Positions 1-13,300 of a stretch of 64,000 nt of DNA are shown here, piece by piece. The stretch is taken from positions 249,116,001 through 249,180,000 of the forward strand of contig OZ024741.1 in assembly GCA_964016885.1 (NCBI GenBank). The letters run 5' to 3'. The notes beneath the pieces were generated by a model. That model ran no database searches. It was not told where the DNA came from and saw only the letters and a program-made list of their open reading frames with translations. The DNA is from Eledone cirrhosa (taxonomy: Eukaryota). A program made the translations under genes and the position numbers. The stretch's first letter is position 1; each line of letters opens with the position of its first letter.

Positions 1-1370
1 TCAAGGGGAGATAATTTCCAGCCGTCCAAGGGGAGATAATTTTCAGCCGTCCAAGGAGAGGTAATTTCTAGCCGTCCAAGGGGAGATAATTTCCAGCCAG
101 CCAAGGGGAGATAATTTGTAAAAAAATCAGGGGTAGATAATTTGTAAAAAAAAATCAGGGGGAGATAATTTGTAAAAAAAATCAGGGGAAGATAATTTGT
201 AAAAAAAATCAGGGGTAGATAATTTCCAGCCGTCCAAGGGGAGATAATATCCATCCTTCCAAGGGGAGATAATTTCCAGCCGTCCAAGGGGAGATGATTT
301 CCCGCCAGCCAAGGAGAGATAACATTTAAAAAAATCAGGCGGAGATAATTTGTAAAAAAAATCAGGGGGAGATAATTTGTAAAAAAAAAATCAGGGGGAG
401 ATAATTTGTAAAAAAATCAGGGGGAGATAATTTGTAAAAAAAAAATCAGGGGGAGATAATTTGTAAAAAAAATCAGGGGGAGATAATTTGTAGAAAAAAT
501 CAGGGGTAGATAATTTGTAAAAAAAATCAGGGGGAGATAATTTGTAAAAAAAATCAGGGGGAGATAATTTGTAAAAAAAATCAGGGGTAGATAATTTTCA
601 GCCGTCCAAGGGGAGATAATTTCCATCCTTCCAAGGGGAGATAATTTCCAGCCGTCCAAGGGGAGATAATTTCCCGCCAGCCAAGGAGAGATAACATTTA
701 AAAAAATCAGGCGGAGATAATTTGTAAAAAAAATCAGGTGGAGATAATTTGTAAAAAAATCAGGGGGAGATAATTTGTAAAAAAAAACAGGGGTAGATAA
801 TTTCCAGCCGTCCAAGGGGAGATAATTTCCATCCTTCCAAGGGGAGATAATTTCCAGCCGTCCAAGGGGAGATAATTTCCCGCCAGCCAAGGAGAGATAA
901 TATTTAAAAAAATCAGGCGGAGATAATTTGTAAAAAAAATCAGGGGGAGATAATTTTTAAAAAAATCAGGGGGAGATAATTTGTAAAAAAAAATCAGGGG
1001 GAGATAATTTGTAAAAAAAATCAGGGGGAGATAATTTGTAAAAAAAATCAGGGGTAGATAATTTGTAAAAAAAAATCAGGGGGAGATAATTTGTAAAAAA
1101 AAAATCAGGGGGAGATAATTTGTAAAAAAATCAAGGTGAGATAATTTCCAGCCGTCCAAGGGGAGATAATTTTCAGCCTTCCAAGGAGAGGTAATTTCTA
1201 GCCGTCCAAGGGGAGATAATTTCCAGCCGTCCAAGGGGAGATAATTTTTTTAAAAAAATCAGGCGGAGATAATTTGTAAACAAAAATCAGGGGGAGATAA
1301 TTTGTAAAAAAAAAATCAGGGGGAGATAATTTGTAAAAAAAAATCAGGGGGAGATAATTTGTAAAAAAAA

Positions 1371-1594
1371 TCAAGGGGAGATAATTTCCAGCCGTCCAAG
1401 GGGAGGTAATATCTAGCCATCCAAGGGGAGATAATTTCCAGCCGTCCAAGGGGAGATAATTTCCAGCCGTCCAAGGGGAGATAATATCCAGCCGTCCAAG
1501 GAGACATATTTTCCAGCCGTCCAAGGATAGGTAATTTCTAGCCGTCCAAGGGGAGATAAGTTCCAGCCTCCAAGGGGAGATAATTTCCAGCCAG
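1371..1594 (+). repeat. Representative B9 cassette: nine 24-25 bp type B monomers in fixed order
   Basis: Diagnostic units are 2 GGTAATATCTAGCCAT, 5 AATATCC, 6 GGAGACATATTTTCC, 7 GGTAATTTCTAG, 8 GATAAGTTCCAGCCT (24 bp) and 9 CCAGCCAG. About 48 copies counted by eye across the window. Confidence 0.95.
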
Positions 1595-1608
1595 CCAAGG
1601 GGAGATAA

Positions 1609-1849
1609 TTTGTAAAAAAATCAGGGGGAGATAATTTGTAAAAAAAAAATCAGGGGGAGATAATTTGTAAAAAAATCAGGGGGAGATAATTTGTAAAAAA
1701 AAAATCAGGGGGAGATAATTTGTAAAAAAAATCAGGGGGAGATAATTTGTAAAAAAAATCAGGGGTAGATAATTTGTAAAAAAAATCAGGGGGAGATAAT
1801 TTGTAAAAAAAATCAGGGGGAGATAATTTGTAAAAAAAATCAGGGGTAG
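1609..1849 (+). repeat. Representative block of type A monomers TCAGGGGGAGATAATTTGT(A)7-10
   Basis: Nine consecutive A-tract units with lengths 7,10,7,10,8,8,8,8,8. Some units carry the GGGGTAGATAA variant. Confidence 0.95.
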
Positions 1850-3069
1850 ATAATTTTCAGCCGTCCAAGGGGAGATAATTTCCATCCTTCCAAGGGGAGA
1901 TAATTTCCAGCCGTCCAAGGGGAGATAATTTCCCGCCAGCCAAGGAGAGATAACATTTAAAAAAATCAGGCGGAGATAATTTGTAAAAAAATCAGGGGGA
2001 GATAATTTGTAAAAAAAAATCAGGGGGAGATAATTTGTAAAAAAAATCAGGGGGAGATAATTTGTAAAAAAAAATCAGGGGTAGATAATTTGTAAAAAAA
2101 AATCAGGGGGAGATAATTTGTAAAAAAAAATCAGGGGGAGATAATTTGTAAAAAAATCAAGGGGAGATAATTTCCAGCCGTCCAAGGGGAGATAATTTTC
2201 AGCCGTCCAAGGAGAGGTAATTTCTAGCCGTCCAAGGGGAGATAATTTCCAGCCGTCCAAGGGGAGATAATTTTTTTAAAAAAATCAGGCGGAGATAATT
2301 TGTAAACAAAAATCAGGGGGAGATAATTTGTAAAAAAAAATCAGGGGGAGATAATTTGTAAAAAAAAATCAGGGGGAGATAATTTGTAAAAAAAATCAAG
2401 GGGAGATAATTTCCAGCCGTCCAAGGGGAGGTAATATCTAGCCATCCAAGGGGAGATAATTTCCAGCCGTCCAAGGGGAGATAATTTCCAGCCGTCCAAG
2501 GGGAGATAATATCCAGCCGTCCAAGGAGACATATTTTCCAGCCGTCCAAGGAGACGTAATTTCTAGCCGTCCAAGGGGAGATAAGTTCCAGCCTCCAAGG
2601 GGAGATAATTTCCAGCCAGCCGAGGGGAGATAATTTGTAAAAAAATTAGGGGGAGATAATTTGAAAAAAAAAATTAGGGGGAGATAATTTGTAAAAAAAA
2701 ATCAGGGGGAGATAATTTGTAAAAAAAAATCAGGGGGAGATAATTTGTAAAAAAAATCAAGGGGAGATAATTTCCAGCCGTCCAAGGGGAGATAATTTTC
2801 AGCCGTCCAAGGAGAGGTAAATTCTAGCCGTCCAAGGGGATATAATTTCCAGCCGTCCAAGGGGAGATAATTTCCAGCCGTCCAAGGGGAGATAATTTTT
2901 AAAAAAAAATCAGGCGGAGATAATTTGTAAACAAAAATCAGGGGGAGATAATTTTTAAAAAAAAATCAGGGGGAGATAATTTGTAAAAAAAAATCAGGGG
3001 GAGATAATTTGTAAAAAAAATCAAGGGGAGATAATTTCCAGCCGTCCAAGGGGAGGTAATATCTAGCCA

Positions 3070-6000
3070 TCCAAGGGGAGATAATTTCCAGCCGTCCAAG
3101 GGGAGATAATTTCCAGCCGTCCAAGGGGAGATAATATCCAGCCGTCCAAGGAGAGGTAATTTCTAGCCGTCCAAGGGGAGATAAGTTCCAGCCTCCAAGG
3201 GGAGATAATTTCCAGCCAGCCAAGGGGAGATAATTTGTAAAAAAATCAGGGGGGAGATAATTTGTAAAAAAAATCAGGGGGAGATAATTTGAAAAAAAAA
3301 TCAGGGGGAGATAATTTGTAAAAAATATCAAGGGGAGATAATTTCCAGCCCTCCAAGGGGCTATAATTTCCAGCCGTGCAAGGGGAGATAATTTCCAGCC
3401 GTCCAAGGGGAGATAATTTCCATCCTTCCAAGGGGAGATAATTTCCAGCCGTCCAAGTGGAGATAATTTCCCGCCAGCCAAGGGAAGATAATTTTTTAAA
3501 AAATCAGGCGGAGATTGTAAAAAAAATCAGGGGGAGATAATTTGTAAAAAAATCAGGGGGAGATAATTTGTAAAAAAAAAATCAGGGGGAGATAATTTGT
3601 AAAAAAAAATCAGGGGGAGATAATTTGTAAAAAAAATCAGGGGGAGATAATTTGTAAAAAAAATCAGGGGTAGATAATTTGTAAAAAAAATCAGGGGGAG
3701 ATAATTTGTAAAAAAAATCAGGGGGAGATAATTTGTAAAGAAAATCAGGGGTAGATAATTTTCAGCCGTCCAAGGGGAGATAATTTCCATCCTTCCAAGG
3801 GGAGATAATTTCCAGCCGTCCAAGGGGAGATAATTTCCCGCCAGCCAAGGAGAGATAACATTTAAAAAAATCAGGGGGAGATAATTTGTAAAAAAAAATC
3901 AGGGGGAGATAATTCGTAAAAAAAAATCAGGGGGAGATAATTTGTAAAAAAAAATCAGGGGTAGATAATTTGTAAAAAAAAATTAGGGGGAGATAATTTG
4001 TAAAAAAAAAATCAGGGGGAGATAATTTGTAAAAAAATCAAGGGGAGATAATTTCCAGCCGTCCAAGGGGAGATAATTTTCAGCCGTCCAAGGAGAGGTA
4101 ATTTCTAGCCGTCCAAGGGGAGGTAATTTCTAGCCGTCTAAGGGGAGATAATTTCCAGCCGTCCAAGGGGAGATAATTTTTTTAAAAAAATCAGGCGGAG
4201 ATAATTTGTAAACAAAAATCAGGGGGAGATAATTTGTAAAAAAAAATCAGGGGGAGATAATTTGTAAAAAAAAATCAGGGGGAGATAATTTGTAAAAAAA
4301 ATCAAGGGGAGATAATTTGTAAAAAAAAATCAGGGGTAGATAATTTGTAAAAAAAAATCAGGGGGAGATAATTTGTAAAAAAAAATCAGGGGGAGATAAT
4401 TTGTAAAAAAATCAAGGGGAGATAATTTCCAGCCGTCCAAGGGGAGATAATTTTCAGCCGTCCAAGGACAGGTAATTTCTAGCCGTCCAAGGGGAGATAA
4501 TTTCCAGCATGCCAAGGGGAGATAATTTGTAAAAAAATCAGGGGTAGATAATTTGTAAAAAAAAATCAGGGGGAGATAATTTGTAAAAAAAATCAGGGGG
4601 AGATAATTTGTAAAAAAAATCAGGGGTAGATAATTTCCAGCCGTCCAAGGGGAGATAATTTCCATCCTTCCAAGGGGAGATAATTTCCAGCCGTCCAAGG
4701 GGAGATAATTTCCCGCCAGCCAAGGAGAGATAACATTTAAAAAAATCAGGCGGAGATAATTTGTAAAAAAAATCAGGGGAAGATAATTTGTAAAAAAATC
4801 AGGGGGAGATAATTTGTAAAAAAAATCAGGGGTAGATAATTTCCAGCCGTCCAAGGGGAGATAATTTCCATCCTTCCAAGGGGAGATAATTTCCAGCCGT
4901 CCAAGGGGAGATAATTTCCCGCCAGCCAAGGAGAGATAATATTAAAAAAAATCAGGCGGAGATAATTTGTAAAAAAAATCAGGGGGAGATAATTTGTAAA
5001 AAAATCAGGGGGAGATAATTTGAAAAAAAAAATCAGGGGAGATAATTTGTAAAAAAAATCAGGGGGAGATAATTTGTAAAAAAAAATCAGGGGTAGATAA
5101 TTTGTAAAAAAAAATCAGGGGGAGATAATTTGTAAAAAAAAAATCAGGGGGAGATAATTTGTAAAAAAATCAAGGGGAGATAATTTCCAGCCGTCCAAGG
5201 GGAGATAATTTTCAGCCGTCCAAGGAGGTAATTTCTAGCCGTCCAAGGGGAGATAATTTCCAGCCGTCCAAGGGGAGATAATATCCAGCCGTCCAAGGAG
5301 AGGTAATTTCTAGCCGTCCAAGGGGAGATAAGTTCCAGCCTCCAAGGGGAGATAATTTCCAGCCAGCCAAGGGTAGATAATTTGTAAAAAAATCAGGGGG
5401 GAGATAATTTGTAAAAAAAATCAGGGGGAGATAATTTGAAAAAAAATCAGGGGGAGATAATTTGTAAAAAATATCAAGGGGAGATAATTTCCAGCCCTCC
5501 AAGGGGCTATAATTTCCAGCCGTGCAAGGGGAGATAATTTCCAGCCGTCCAAGGGGAGATAATTTCCATCCTTCCAAGGGGAGATAATTTCCAGCCGTCC
5601 AAGGGGAGATAATTTCCCGCCAGCCAAGGGAAGATAATTTTTTAAAAAATCAGGCGGAGATTGTAAAAAAAATCAGGGGGAGATAATTTGTAAAAAAATC
5701 AGGGGGAGATAATTTGTAAAAAAAAAATCAGGGGGAGATGATTTGTAAAAAAAAATCAGGGGGAGATAATTTGTAAAAAAAATCAGGGGGAGATAATTTG
5801 TAAAAAAAATCAGGGGTAGATAATTTGTAAAAAAAATCAGGGGGAGATAATTTATAAAAAAAATCAGGGGGAGATAATTTGTAAAGAAAATCAGGGGTAG
5901 ATAATTTTCAGCCGTCCAAGGGGAGATAATTTCCATCCTTCCAAGGGGAGATAATTTCCAGCCGTCCAAGGGGAGATAATTTCCCGCCAGCCAAGGAGAG

Positions 6001-7360
6001 ATAACATTTAAAAAAATCAGGGGGAGATAATTTGTAAAAAAAAATCAGGGGGAGATAATTCGTAAAAAAAAATCAGGGGGAGATAATTTGTAAAAAAAAA
6101 TCAGGGGTAGATAATTTGTAAAAAAAAATCAGGGGGAGATAATTTGTAAAAAAAAATCAGGGGGAGATAATTTGTAAAAAAATCAAGGGGAGATAATTTC
6201 CAGCCGTCCAAGGGGAGATAATTTTCAGCCGTCCAAGGAGAGGTAATTTCTAGCCGTCCAAGGGGAGATAATTTCCAGCCGTCCAAGGGGAGATAATTTT
6301 TTTAAAAAAATCAGGCGGAGATAATTTTTAAACAAAAATCAGGGGGAGATAATTTGTAAAAAAAAATCAGGGGGAGATAATTTGTAAAAAAAAATCAGGG
6401 GGAGATAATTTGTAAAAAAAATCAAGGGGAGATAATTTGTAAAAAAAAATCAGGGGGAGATAATTTGTAAAAAAAAAATCAGGGGGAGATAATTTGTAAA
6501 AAAATCAAGGGGAGATAATTTCCAGCCGTCCAAGGGGAGATAATTTTCAGCCGTCCAAGGACAGGTAATTTCTAGCCGTCCAAGGGGAGATAATTTCCAG
6601 CCAGCCAAGGGGAGATAATTTGTAAAAAAATCAGGGGTAGATAATTTGTAAAAAAAAATCAGGGGGAGATAATTTGTAAAAAAAATCAGGGGGAGATAAT
6701 TTGTAAAAAAAATCAGGGGTAGATAATTTCCAGCCGTCCAAGGGGAGATAATTTCCATCCTTCCAAGGGGAGATAATTTCCAGCCGTCCAAGGGGAGATA
6801 ATTTCCCGCCAGCCAAGGAGAGATAACATTTAAAAAAATCAGGCGGAGATAATTTGTAAAAAAAATCAGGGGGAGATAATTTGTAAAAAAATCAGGGGGA
6901 GATAATTTGTAAAAAAAATCAGGGGTAGATAATTTCCAGCCGTCCAAGGGGAGATAATTTACATCCTTCCAAGGGGAGATAATTTCCAGCCGTCCAAGGG
7001 GAGATAATTTCCCGCCAGCCAAGGAGAGATAATATTTAAAAAAATCAGGCGGAGATAATTTGTAAAAAAAATCAGGGGGAGATAATTTGTAAAAAAATCA
7101 GGGGGAGATAATTTGTAAAAAAAAATCAGGGGAGATAATTTGTAAAAAAAATCAGGGGGAGATAATTTGTAAAAAAAAATCAGGGGTAGATAATTTGTAA
7201 AAAAAAATCAGGGGGAGATAATTTGTAAAAAAAAAATCAGGGGGAGATAATTTGTAAAAAAATCAAGGGGAGATAATTTCCAGCCGTCCAAGGGGAGATA
7301 ATTTTCAGCCGTCCAAGGAGGTAATTTCTAGCCGTCCAAGGGGAGATAATTTCCAGCCGT
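3070..7360. repeat. Tandem duplication of ~2.1 kb
   Basis: Private variants GTAAAGAAAATC (3737/5883) and AATTCGTA (3911/6057) at offset 2146; GGACAGG (4466/6559) at offset 2093. Confidence 0.85.
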
Positions 7361-10300
7361 CCAAGGGGATATAATTTTTTTTAAAAAATCAGGCGGAGAT
7401 AATTTGTAAACAAAAATCAGGGGGAGATAATTTGTAAAAAAAAATCAGGGGGAGATAATTTGTAAAAAAAAATCAGGGGGAGATAATTTGTAAAAAAAAT
7501 CAAGGGGAGATAAATTCCAGCCGTCCAAGGGGAGGTAATATCTAGCCATCCAAGGGGAGATAATTTCCAGCCGTCCAAGGGGAGATAATATCCAGCCGTC
7601 CAAGGAGACATATTTTCCAGCCGTCCAAGGAGAGGTAATTTCTAGCCGTCCAAGGGGAGATAAGTTCCAGCCTCCAAGGGGAGAAAATTTCCAGCCAGCC
7701 AAGGGGAGATAATTTGTAAAAAAATCAGGGGGAGATAATTTGTAAAAAAAAATTCAGGGGGAGATAATTTGTAAAAAAATCAGGGGGAGATAATTTGTAA
7801 AAAAAAAATCAGGGGGAGATAATTTGTAAAAAAAATCAGGGGGAGATAATTTGTAGAAAAAATCAGGGGTAGATAATTTGTAAAAAAAATCAGGGGGAGA
7901 TAATTTGTAAAAAAAATCAGGGGGAGATAATTTGTAAAAAAAATCAGGGGTAGATAATTTTCAGCCGTCCAAGGGGAGATAATTTCCATCCTTCCAAGGG
8001 GAGATAATTTCCAGCCGTCCAAGGGGAGATAATTTCCCGCCAGCCAAGGAGAGATAACATTTAAAAAAATCAGGCGGAGATAATTTGTAAAAAAAATCAG
8101 GGGGAGATAATTTGTAAAAAAATCAGAGGGAGATAATTTGTAAAAAAAATCAGGGGTAGATAATTTCCAGCCGTCCAAGGGGAGATAATTTCCATCCTTC
8201 CAAGGGGAGATAATTTCCAGCCGTCCAAGGGGAGATAATTTCCCGCCAGCCAAGGAGAGATAATATTTAAAAAAATCAGGCGGAGATAATTTGTAAAAAA
8301 AATCAGGGGGAGATAATTTGTAAAAAAATCAGGGGGAGATAATTTGTAAAAAAAAATCAGGGGGAGATAATTTGTAAAAAAAATCAGGGGGAGATAATTT
8401 GTAAAAAAAAATCAGGGGTAGATAATTTGTAAAAAAAAATCAGGGGGAGATAATTTGTAAAAAAAAAATCAGGGGGAGATAATTTGTAAAAAAATCAAGG
8501 GGAGATAATTTCCAGCCGTCCAAGGGGAGATAATTTTCAGCCGTCCAAGGAGAGGTAATTTCTAGCCGTCCAAGGGGAGATAATTTCCAGCCGTCCAAGG
8601 GGAGATAATTTTTTTAAAAAAATCAGGCGGAGATAATTTGTAAACAAAAATCAGGGGGAGATAATTTGTAAAAAAAATCAGGGGGAGATAATTTGTAAAA
8701 AAAAAATCAGGGGGTGATAATTTGTAAAAAAATCAAGGGGAGATAATTTCCAGCCGTCCAAGGGGAGATAATTTTCAGCCGTCCAAGGAGAGGTAATTTC
8801 TAGCCGTCCAAGGGGAGATAATTTCCAGCCAGCCAAGGGGAGATAATTTGTAAAAAAATCAGGGGTAGATAATTTGTAAAAAAAATCAGGGGGAGATAAT
8901 TTGTAAAAAAAATCAGGGGGAGATAATTTGTAAAAAAAATCAGGGGTAGATAATTTCCAGCCGTCCAAGGGGAGATAATTTCCATCCTTCCAAGGGGAGA
9001 TAATTTCCAGCCGTCCAAGGGGAGATAATTTCCCGCCAGCCAAGGAGAGATAACATTTAAAAAAATCAGGCGGAGATAATTTGTAAAAAAAATCAGGGGG
9101 AGATAATTTGTAAAAAAATCAGGGGGAGATAATTTGTAAAAAAAAATCAGGGGGAGATAATTTGTAAAAGAAATCAGGGGGAGATAATTTGTAAAAAAAA
9201 TCAGGGGTAGATAATTTGTAAAAAAAATCAGGGGGAGATAATTTGTAAAAAAAATCAGGGGGAGATAATTTGTAAAAAAAATCAGGGGTAGATAATTTCC
9301 AGCCGTCCAAGGGGAGATAATTTCCATCCTTCCAAGGGGAGATAATTTCCAGCCGTCCAAGGGGAGATAATTTCCCGCCAGCCAAGGAGAGATAACATTT
9401 AAAAAAATCAGGCGGAGATAATTTGTGAAAAAAATCAGGGGGAGATAATTTGTAAAAAAATCAGGGGGAGATAATTTGTAAAAAAAATCAGGAGTAGATA
9501 ATTTCCAGCCGTCCAAGGGGAGATAATTTCCATCCTTCCAAGGGGAGATAATTTCCAGCCGTCCAAGGGGAGATAATTTCCCGCCAGCCAAGGAGAGATA
9601 ATATTTAAAAAAATCAGGCGGAGATAATTTGTAAAAAAAATCAGGGGGAGATAATTTGTAAAAAAATCAGGGGGAGATAATTTGTAAAAAAAAATCAGGG
9701 GAGATAATTTGTAAAAAAAATCAGGGGGAGATAATTTGTAAAAAAAAATCAGGGGTAGATAATTTGTAAAAAAAAATCAGGGGGAGATAATTTGTAAAAA
9801 AAAAATCAGGGGGAGATAATTTGTAAAAAAATCAAGGGGAGATAATTTCCAGCCATCCAAGGGGAGATAATTTTCAGCCGTCCAAGGAGGTAATTTCTAG
9901 CCGTCCAAGGGGAGATAATTTCCAGCCGTCCAAGGGGAGATAATTTTTTTAAAAAAATCAGGCGGAGATAATTTGTAAACAAAAATCAGGGGGAGATAAT
10001 TTGTAAAAAAAAATCAGGGGGAGATAATTTGTAAAAAAAAATCAGGGGGAGATAATTTGTAAAAAAAATCAAGGGGAGATAATTTCCAGCCGTCCAAGGG
10101 GAGGTAATATCTAGCCATCCAAGGGGAGATAATTTCCAGCCGTCCAAGGGGAGATAATTTCCAGCCGTCCAAGGGGAGATAATATCCAGCCGTCCAAGGA
10201 GACATATTTTCCAGCCGTCCAAGGAGAGGTAATTTCTAGCCGTCCAAGGGGAGATAAGTTCCAGCCTCCAAGGGGAGATAATTTCCAGCCAGCCAAGGGG

Positions 10301-13300
10301 AGATAATTTGTAAAAAAAAAATCAGGGGGAGATAATTTGTAAAAAAATCAGGGGGAGATAATTTGTAAAAAAAAAATCAGGGGGAGATAATTTGTAAAAA
10401 AAATCAGGGGGAGATAATTTGTAGAAAAAATCAGGGGTAGATAATTTGTAAAAAAAATCAGGGGGAGATAATTTGTAAAAAAAATCAGGGGGAGATAATT
10501 TGTAAAAAAAATCAGGGGTAGATAATTTTCAGCCGTCCAAGGGGAGATAATTTCCATCCTTCCAAGGGGAGATAATTTCCAGCCGTCCAAGGGGAGATAA
10601 TTTCCCGCCAGCCAAGGAGAGATAACATTTTAAAAAATCAGGCGGAGATAATTTGTAAAAAAAATCAGGGGGAGATAATTTGTAAAAAAATCAGGGGGAG
10701 ATAATTTGTAAAAAAAATCAGGGGTAGATAATTTCCAGCCGTCCAAGGGGAGATAATTTCCATCCTTCCAAGGGGAGATAATTTCCAGCCGTCCAAGGGG
10801 AGATAATTTCCCGCCAGCCAAGGAGAGATAATATTTAAAAAAATCAGGCGGAGATAATTTGTAAAAAAAATCAGGGGGAGATAATTTGTAAAAAAATCAG
10901 GGGGAGATAATTTGTAAAAAAAAATCAGGGGGAGATAATTTGTAAAAAAAATCAGGGGGAGATAATTTGTAAAAAAAATCAGGGGTAGATAATTTGTAAA
11001 AAAAAATCAGGGGGAGATAATTTGTAAAAAAAAAATCAGGGGGAGATAATTTGTAAAGAAATCAAGGGGAGATAATTTCCAGCCGTCCAAGGGGAGATAA
11101 TTTTCAGCCGTCCAAGGAGAGGTAATTTCTAGCCGTCCAAGGGGAGATAATTTCCAGCCGTCCAAGGGGAGATAATTTTTTTAAAAAAATCAGGCGGAGA
11201 TAATTTGTAAACAAAAATCAGGGGGAGATAATTTGTAAAAAAAAATCAGGGGGAGATAATTTGTAAAAAAAAATCAGGGGGAGATAATTTGTAAAAAAAA
11301 TCAAGGGGAGATAATTTCCAGCCGTCCAAGGGGAGGTAATATCTAGCCATCCAAGGGGAGATAATTTCCAGCCGTCCAAGGGGAGATAATTTCCAGCCGT
11401 CCAAGGGGAGATAATATCCAGCCGTCCAAGGAGACATATTTTCCAGCCGTCCAAGGAGAGGTAATTTCTAGCCGTCCAAGGGGAGATAAGTTCCAGCCTC
11501 CAAGGGGAGATAATTTCCAGCCAGCCAAGGGGAGATAATTTGTAAAAAAATCAGGGGGAGATAATTTGTAAAAAAAAAATCAGGGGGAGATAATTTGTAA
11601 AAAAATCAGGGGGAGATAATTTGTAAAAAAAAAATCAGGGGGAGATAATTTGTAAAAAAAATCAGGGGGAGATAATTTGTAAAAAAAATCAGGGGTAGAT
11701 AATTTGTAAAAAAAATCAGGGGGAGATAATTTGTAAAAAAAATCAGGGGTAGATAATTTTCAGCCGTCCAAGGGGAGATAATTTCCATCCTTCCAAGGGG
11801 AGATAATTTCCAGCCGTCCAAGGAGAGATAATTTCCCGCCAGCCAAGGAGAGATAACATTTAAAAAAATCAGGCGGAGATAATTTGTAAAAAAAATCAGG
11901 GGGAGATAATTTGTAAAAAAATCAGGGGGAGATAATTTGTAAAAAAAATCAGGGGTAGATAATTTCCAGCCGTCCAAGGGGAGATAATTTCCATCCTTCC
12001 AAGGGGAGATAATTTCCAGCCGTCCAAGGGGAGATAATTTCCCGCCAGCCAAGGAGAGATAATATTTAAAAAAATCAGGCGGAGATAATTTGTAAAAAAA
12101 ATCAGGGGGAGATAATTTGTAAAAAAATCAGGGGGAGATAATTTGTAAAAAAAGATCAGGGGGAGATAATTTGTAAAAAAAATCAGGGGGAGATAATTTG
12201 TAAAAAAAAATCAGGGGTAGATAATTTGTAAAAAAAAATCAGGGGGAGATAATTTGTAAAAAAAAAATCAGGGGGAGATAATTTGTAAAAAAATCAAGGG
12301 GAGATAATTTCCAGCCGTCCAAGGGGAGATAATTTTCAGCCGTCCAAGGAGAGGTAATTTCTAGCCGTCCAAGGGGAGATAATTTCCAGCCGTCCAAGGG
12401 GAGATAATTTTTTTAAAAAAATCAGGCGGAGATTTGTAAACAAAAATCAGGGGGAGATAATTTGTAAAAAAAAATCAGGGGGAGATAATTTGTAAAAAAA
12501 AATCAGGGGGAGATAATTTGTAAAAAAAATCAAGGGGAGATAATTTCCAGCCGTCCAAGGGGAGGTAATATCTAGCCATCCAAGGGGAGATAATTTCCAG
12601 CCGTCCAAGGGGAGATAATTTCCAGCCGTCCAAGGGGAGATAATATCCAGCCGTCCAAGGAGACATATTTTCCAGCCGTCCAACGAGACGTAATTTCTAG
12701 CCGTCCAAGGGGAGATAAGTTCCAGCCTCCAAGGGGAGATAATTTCCAGCCAGCCAAGGGGAGATAATTTGTAAAAAAATTAGGGGGAGATAATTTGTAA
12801 AAAAAAATTAGGGGGAGATAATTTGTAAAAAAAAATCAGGGGGAGATAATTTGTAAAAAAAAATCAGGGGGAGATAATTTGTAAAAAAAAACAAGGGGAG
12901 ATTATTTCCAGCCGTCCAAGGGGAGATAATTTTCAGCCGTCCAAGGAGAGGTAAATTCTAGCCGTCCAAGGAGATATAATTTCCAGCCGTCCAAGGGGAG
13001 ATAATTTCCAGCCGTCCAAGGGGAGATAATTTTAAAAAAAAATCAGGCGGAGATAATTTGTAAACAAAAATCAGGGGGAGATAATTTGTAAAAAAATCAA
13101 GGGGAGATAATTTCCAGCCGTCCAAGGGGAGATAATTTTCAGCCGTCCAAGGAGGTAATTTCTAGCCGTCCAAGGGGAGATAATTTCCAGCCGTCCAAGG
13201 GGATATAATTTTTTTTAAAAAATCAGGCGGAGATAATTTGTAAACAAAAATCAGGGGGAGATAATTTGTAAAAAAAAATCAGGAGGAGATAATTTGTAAA

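Noticed and set aside
1371-1594. NF-kB/Rel site in GGGGAGATAATTTCC
   Set aside because: The GGG and TTCC half-sites are spaced too far apart for the 10-bp GGGRNWYYCC consensus.
2270-2286. Intrinsic terminator or polyadenylated retroelement tails
   Set aside because: There is no GC-rich stem or upstream gene. The A/T tracts are integral parts of the monomers, with no target-site duplications.
12779-12815. TTAGGG telomere-like hexamers
   Set aside because: They arise from a single C-to-T change in TCAGGGGG of A monomers, lie ~28 bp apart and are never tandem.
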